Below are positions 59,999-64,000 of a DNA stretch of 64,000 bases, piece by piece. Under the pieces are notes generated by a model. The model made no database searches. It was not told the DNA's origin and saw only the letters and a program-made list of their open reading frames with translations. The stretch spans positions 320,001 to 384,000 of the forward strand of contig CAXXNF010000002.1 in NCBI GenBank assembly GCA_963666365.2, written 5' to 3'. The first letter of the stretch is position 1. Every line of letters starts with the position of its first letter. The stretch is from Syntrophales bacterium. GTDB lineage: Bacteria; Desulfobacterota; Syntrophia; Syntrophales; UBA2210. A program made the translations under genes and the position numbers.

Positions 59999-61474
59999 AT
60001 GTTAAGAACCAAGGAGCAGTACATTGAAGCACTGGGTAAGATGAAGAGGAACATTTACTTCGACGGCGAGAAGATCGACCGCGATGACGAACTGCAGATG
60101 CCGTGCATCGACGTTATCGGTACCACCTACGATGAGGCACAGAGTTCCGATCCGAAGGTGCAGGAGTTGATGCTGGCGAAGTCCCATCTGACGGGAGAAA
60201 CGATCAACCGCTTCACCCACATTCATCAGAACCCGGAAGATCTGCACAAGAAACAGGACATGACCCGGTATCTGAGCCGGCAGGTAGGTGGATGCATCCA
60301 GCGGTGCATGGGCATCGACGGAACGAACGCCATCTATAACGTGAGCTACGAGGCGGACAAGCAGAACAACGGCGCCACGGAATATCACGCCAATTTCAAG
60401 AAGTGGCTGGAGCGGTTCCAGACGGAAGACCTGATCGGCTGCTGCGCCCAGACCGACGTGAAGGGCGATCGTATGAAACGGCCCCACGAGCAGGTCGATC
60501 CCGACATGTACGTGCGGATCAAGGAAAAGAGGAGCGACGGCATCGTCGTATCGGGTTGTAAGGTGCACATTTCCGAAGCCTCGGTAGCCGACGAGGTGCT
60601 GGTGGTGCCCACCCGCGCCCTGGGTCCCAAGGACAAGGACTACGCCGTATCCTTCGCCATTCCCGGCGACTGGGAAGGCTTGAAGCAGGTGGTGACCATC
60701 CACAACCTGCGCGAGCGGAAGCATTTCCCCCGCGGCTTCATGCCCGGCGCCACCGATTCCTACATGATTTTCGATGACTGCTTTGTACCCTGGGAGCGGG
60801 TGTTCCTCTGTGGCGAATACATGCACGGCGGCGCCCTGGCGCTTCTCTTTGCGCTCTTCCATCGTCACAGCTACTCGGGCTGCAAGCCGGCCATCGGCGA
60901 CGTGCTTCTGGGGACGGCGGCGCTGGCAGCGGAGATGAACGGCATCGAGAAGGCCGGTCATGTGCGTGAGAAACTGGCGGAGATCATTCTGGTAACGGAA
61001 CTGGGCTATGCGGCGGGCTACACCGCCTCCGATCTTGGCAAGCCCGAGATCTACATGCCCGGCGTGGGTTTCATTCCCTACGGTCCGGGAAGCTTCATTC
61101 CCAATTCCATCTACTGCAACGTGGGCCGCTGTCTGACGGGCGAGGCCGTGTACCGAGAGCAGGAGATTCTCTGCGACATCTCCGGCGGCGTCACCGCCAC
61201 CTTCCCCCACGAGAAGGACTTCGTCAATCCCGAGACAAAGGAGCTCCTCGAGAAGTACGTCATGAGAAATCCCAAAATATCGGCGGAGAACATTGCCCAG
61301 TTCTGGCGTTACCTGGGCGACGGTCTCTGCTCAGCCACGGGTGGAATCATGAATGTAGGCAACTATCACGGCGGCGGATCGCCGGTTATGGAGCAGATCG
61401 CCATTACCACGCAGTACGACATCGAAGAGAGAAAAGATCTGGTCCGAAGAATCGCCGGTATGACGAAGGACTAA
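59999..61474 (+). CDS. 4-hydroxybutyryl-CoA dehydratase / HpaB-family paralog
   Basis: INRFTHIHQ, CIQRCMG.D, AQTDVKGDR, HRHSYSGCK, HGGGSP. Confidence 0.88.
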   Translation: MLRTKEQYIEALGKMKRNIYFDGEKIDRDDELQMPCIDVIGTTYDEAQSSDPKVQELMLAKSHLTGETINRFTHIHQNPEDLHKKQDMTRYLSRQVGGCIQRCMGIDGTNAIYNVSYEADKQNNGATEYHANFKKWLERFQTEDLIGCCAQTDVKGDRMKRPHEQVDPDMYVRIKEKRSDGIVVSGCKVHISEASVADEVLVVPTRALGPKDKDYAVSFAIPGDWEGLKQVVTIHNLRERKHFPRGFMPGATDSYMIFDDCFVPWERVFLCGEYMHGGALALLFALFHRHSYSGCKPAIGDVLLGTAALAAEMNGIEKAGHVREKLAEIILVTELGYAAGYTASDLGKPEIYMPGVGFIPYGPGSFIPNSIYCNVGRCLTGEAVYREQEILCDISGGVTATFPHEKDFVNPETKELLEKYVMRNPKISAENIAQFWRYLGDGLCSATGGIMNVGNYHGGGSPVMEQIAITTQYDIEERKDLVRRIAGMTKD

Positions 61475-61527
61475 ACGCATAGACGCAGGCGGATATCGCC
61501 AACTGGAGCGTATCGGTGCGGATTTTG

Positions 61528-61560
61528 AGGGCAGTGCTGTGCAGGCTGCCCTCTTTTCTT
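61528..61560 (+). terminator. Intrinsic terminator-like hairpin
   Basis: AGGGCAG...CTGCCCT followed by CTTTTCTT. Confidence 0.55.
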
Positions 61561-61644
61561 GTCAACGGGAAAGAAATGGTTTATTGTTCCTCTCACATTG
61601 AGAGTGGCTGAAACGATCAAACACCAAGAAGGGAGATAATAAGA

Positions 61645-62457
61645 ATGGCAGATCTATCACGTTTTTCTCTTGAAGGAAAAGTAGCTGTTGTAACCGGTGG
61701 AAGCCGGGGAATCGGTCGGGCGATTGCCCTTGGAATGGCACAGGCAGGCGCCGATGTGGTCGTGACAAGCAGAAAGTTGCCTGACCTTGAGGCGGTAGCG
61801 GAAGAGGTAAGAAAACTGGGGAAAAAGGCCATGCCGATTGCCGCCCATATCGGCAAAATGGACAGTATTCAAATGCTTGTCGATGCGGTGATGAAAGAGT
61901 TCGGAAGGATTGACATTCTGGTCAACAATGCCGGCTGCACGCCCGCCATGGGCTCGATATTCACGAATGAGGAGCGTCTCTGGGATACGATAATGAATCT
62001 CAATCTCAAGGGACTGTATTTTCTGAGCCAGGCTGCGGCCAGAGTCATGAAGGAACAGGGCGGCGGCGCCATAGTCAATGTGGCCTCAATGGACGGATAT
62101 AAGCCGGAGCCCTACGTGGGGATATATTCGATTTCGAAGGCGGCGGTAATCATGGCAACGAAATCCATGGCGCTGGAGCTTGCGCCCTACAACATACGGG
62201 CAAACGCCATTGCACCGGGCGCGGTGAGCACGAAAATGCTCGATTCTCACTGGTTTCACCTGCCGGAAGAGCAGGCGAAGGCCGAAAAGGAGGCAGTGGC
62301 AAAGATAGTGCCAATCGGAAGGATTGCCGATCCCGACGAAATGGTGGGAGCGGTCATTTATCTGGCCTCAGACGCGGCGAGTTATACCACGGGAGAGACA
62401 ATTCTTCTCGACGGCGGCGCGACGCTCGCATCGCAGGAAATTATAAGCGAAAGATAA
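61645..62457 (+). CDS. Short-chain dehydrogenase/reductase
   Basis: TGGSRGIG, NNAG, YSISK. Confidence 0.93.
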   Translation: MADLSRFSLEGKVAVVTGGSRGIGRAIALGMAQAGADVVVTSRKLPDLEAVAEEVRKLGKKAMPIAAHIGKMDSIQMLVDAVMKEFGRIDILVNNAGCTPAMGSIFTNEERLWDTIMNLNLKGLYFLSQAAARVMKEQGGGAIVNVASMDGYKPEPYVGIYSISKAAVIMATKSMALELAPYNIRANAIAPGAVSTKMLDSHWFHLPEEQAKAEKEAVAKIVPIGRIADPDEMVGAVIYLASDAASYTTGETILLDGGATLASQEIISER

Positions 62458-62477
62458 AGGCCTATCAATTCACTAGG

Positions 62478-62510
62478 AACCCCGCCGATAAAAAAGGCGG
62501 GGTTTTTTAT
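62478..62510 (+). terminator. Intrinsic terminator
   Basis: AACCCCGCC...GGCGGGGTT followed by Ts. Confidence 0.75.
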
Positions 62511-62543
62511 GGTACGATGGTACCGTACCCTTTAATTGGTTTA

Positions 62544-62816
62544 TTAGTAACGTATAGTAAATGATGAAAAATCCCCTACGAAAGGTTCTTCGTTGACGTC
62601 GACGCAGGAGACGGAAGAGAAAGGAGGACCCTCTTTACACCACTCGATCATACGTTCAATAGAATCGGAAGAACCCTCAAAGACGGCTTCCACACGTCCG
62701 TCACGAAGGTTCCTCACCCACCCGAAGAGCCGAAGTTGATCGGCTGCTTCCTTTGTACGTGCGCGGAAAAAAACCCCCTGCACCCTTCCTGTTATAAAAA
62801 GATGCACCCTTTGCAT
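62544..62816 (-). CDS. acyP: Acylphosphatase
   Basis: GRVQGVFFR, GWVRNL.DGRVE, W...GPP. Confidence 0.95.
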   Translation of the reverse strand: MQRVHLFITGRVQGVFFRARTKEAADQLRLFGWVRNLRDGRVEAVFEGSSDSIERMIEWCKEGPPFSSVSCVDVNEEPFVGDFSSFTIRY

Positions 62817-62828
62817 GTCATATACCTT

Positions 62829-64000
62829 TTATTTTCTGCCAATCATTTTCAGAAAATCCGACTCGGTGAGGATGGCAATCCCCAGCTTTTTCGCCTTTTC
62901 CAGCTTTGATCCGGGTGAATCGCCTGCAACGACATACCCTGTTGCCTTCGAAACGGACGACGAGACGGATCCCCCCTTCGCTTCTACTATATCTTTTGCT
63001 TCGTTTCTGCTGAAGTGCGCCAGCCCTCCCGTAAACACGAATGACATCCCCGCAAGGGGGGCGGAAAATCCCGTTCTTTCAGACTGAGGACGAATGCCGG
63101 CATCCATGAGGCGTCTCAGTATTAGTTGGTTTGAAGCCTGAGAAAAGAAGGCGACGATGCTTTCCGCGACGATTTCTCCTATCCCCTTGACAATGAGCAG
63201 CGCTTCACGGGATGCGGTCATTAATGATTCCATGTCACTGAAATGCTGTGCGAGAAGACGTGACGTATCTTCACCCACATGGCGGATTCCCAGGGCGTAG
63301 ATAAATTTGGAAAGAGGCGGCGTTTTTGACGAATCAATGGCGGTGACGATGTTAGCAGCTGATTTTTCCGCAAACCGCTCCAGTGTGAGGAGGTCGTCCT
63401 GTGTGAGATAGTAGAGATCGGCCGGATTTCTGATAATCTGCCTTTCCAGCATCTGCATGATCGCTTTTTCTCCGAGGCCGTCAATATCCATGGCGCCCCG
63501 CGATACGAAATGCTTAATCGTTTCTTTGATCTGGGCGGGACAGTCCATATTGATGCAGCGGTGGGCTGCTTCATCAAGCTTGACGACAACGGCGCCGCAG
63601 GATGGGCAGGTTGCGGGCATGACAAATTCCTTTTCCGATCCGTTGCGTTTTGATGCAACCGCCTTTACCACCTGTGGTATCACATCACCCGCCCTCTGTA
63701 CGATGACGGTATCGCCTATTCGAAGATCCTTCTTTTCGATTTCATCCTGGTTATGAAGCGTGGCATGACTGATCATGACACCCCCTGCCTGGACGGGCCG
63801 CAGGTTGGCGACGGGTGTCAGCACTCCCGTGCGGCCCACTTGCACATCGATGGACTCTATCACCGTTGTTACCTGTGAAGGCGCAAATTTACAGGCGATC
63901 GCCCAGCGAGGACTGCGGGCAACCGCACCCAGCCTGTTCTGAAGCGCCCTGGAATCGACTTTAATGACCATCCCGTCAATTTCATAGGGCAAGTCCTTTC
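62829..64000 (-). CDS. ligA: NAD-dependent DNA ligase (5' part outside the window)
   Basis: IDGMVIK, PRWAIA.KF, VGRTG..TPVA, ATLHN, RAGDVIP, Zn finger, BRCT (GSKLEKAKKLG). Confidence 0.97.
   Translation of the reverse strand, partial: KDLPYEIDGMVIKVDSRALQNRLGAVARSPRWAIACKFAPSQVTTVIESIDVQVGRTGVLTPVANLRPVQAGGVMISHATLHNQDEIEKKDLRIGDTVIVQRAGDVIPQVVKAVASKRNGSEKEFVMPATCPSCGAVVVKLDEAAHRCINMDCPAQIKETIKHFVSRGAMDIDGLGEKAIMQMLERQIIRNPADLYYLTQDDLLTLERFAEKSAANIVTAIDSSKTPPLSKFIYALGIRHVGEDTSRLLAQHFSDMESLMTASREALLIVKGIGEIVAESIVAFFSQASNQLILRRLMDAGIRPQSERTGFSAPLAGMSFVFTGGLAHFSRNEAKDIVEAKGGSVSSSVSKATGYVVAGDSPGSKLEKAKKLGIAILTESDFLKMIGRK

Overview
Gene-dense chromosomal window, most likely from an anaerobic deltaproteobacterium (Desulfobacterota/Syntrophales-like). 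This is an inference from gene content: flavodiiron protein-rubredoxin-rubrerythrin, two 4-hydroxybutyryl-CoA dehydratase-family genes, acyl-CoA ligases, PAS-LuxR regulators and a HesB-like selenoprotein. Most of it is ordinary metabolism, transport and regulation: an RND efflux operon, a GAF adenylate cyclase, phasin plus UbiB kinase, a TetR-OYE-SDR-ADH cluster, ptsP and ligA. I found no rRNA, tRNA, CRISPR array or intact transposase. Features the ORF track misses or does not explain: (1) a UGA-recoded HesB/IscA selenoprotein gene with a SECIS-like hairpin; (2) a near-identical duplicated PAS-PAS-LuxR gene plus downstream promoter, whose differences sit almost entirely in the first PAS domain; (3) a secreted 12-Cys protein followed by an orphan alternative C-terminal cassette; (4) two families of dispersed intergenic repeats, GGGGACA REP/REPIN-like palindromes and strand-oriented purine-rich 9-mers; (5) a decayed island with a truncated nuclease, a UDG-like gene, a radC remnant and an IS200/605-like end; (6) an ectoine-type aspartokinase without ect genes; (7) frameshifts in a transglutaminase gene and a maoC gene; (8) a probable CTG-initiated CGGC protein. 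All family assignments come from motif recognition by eye, with no database search.
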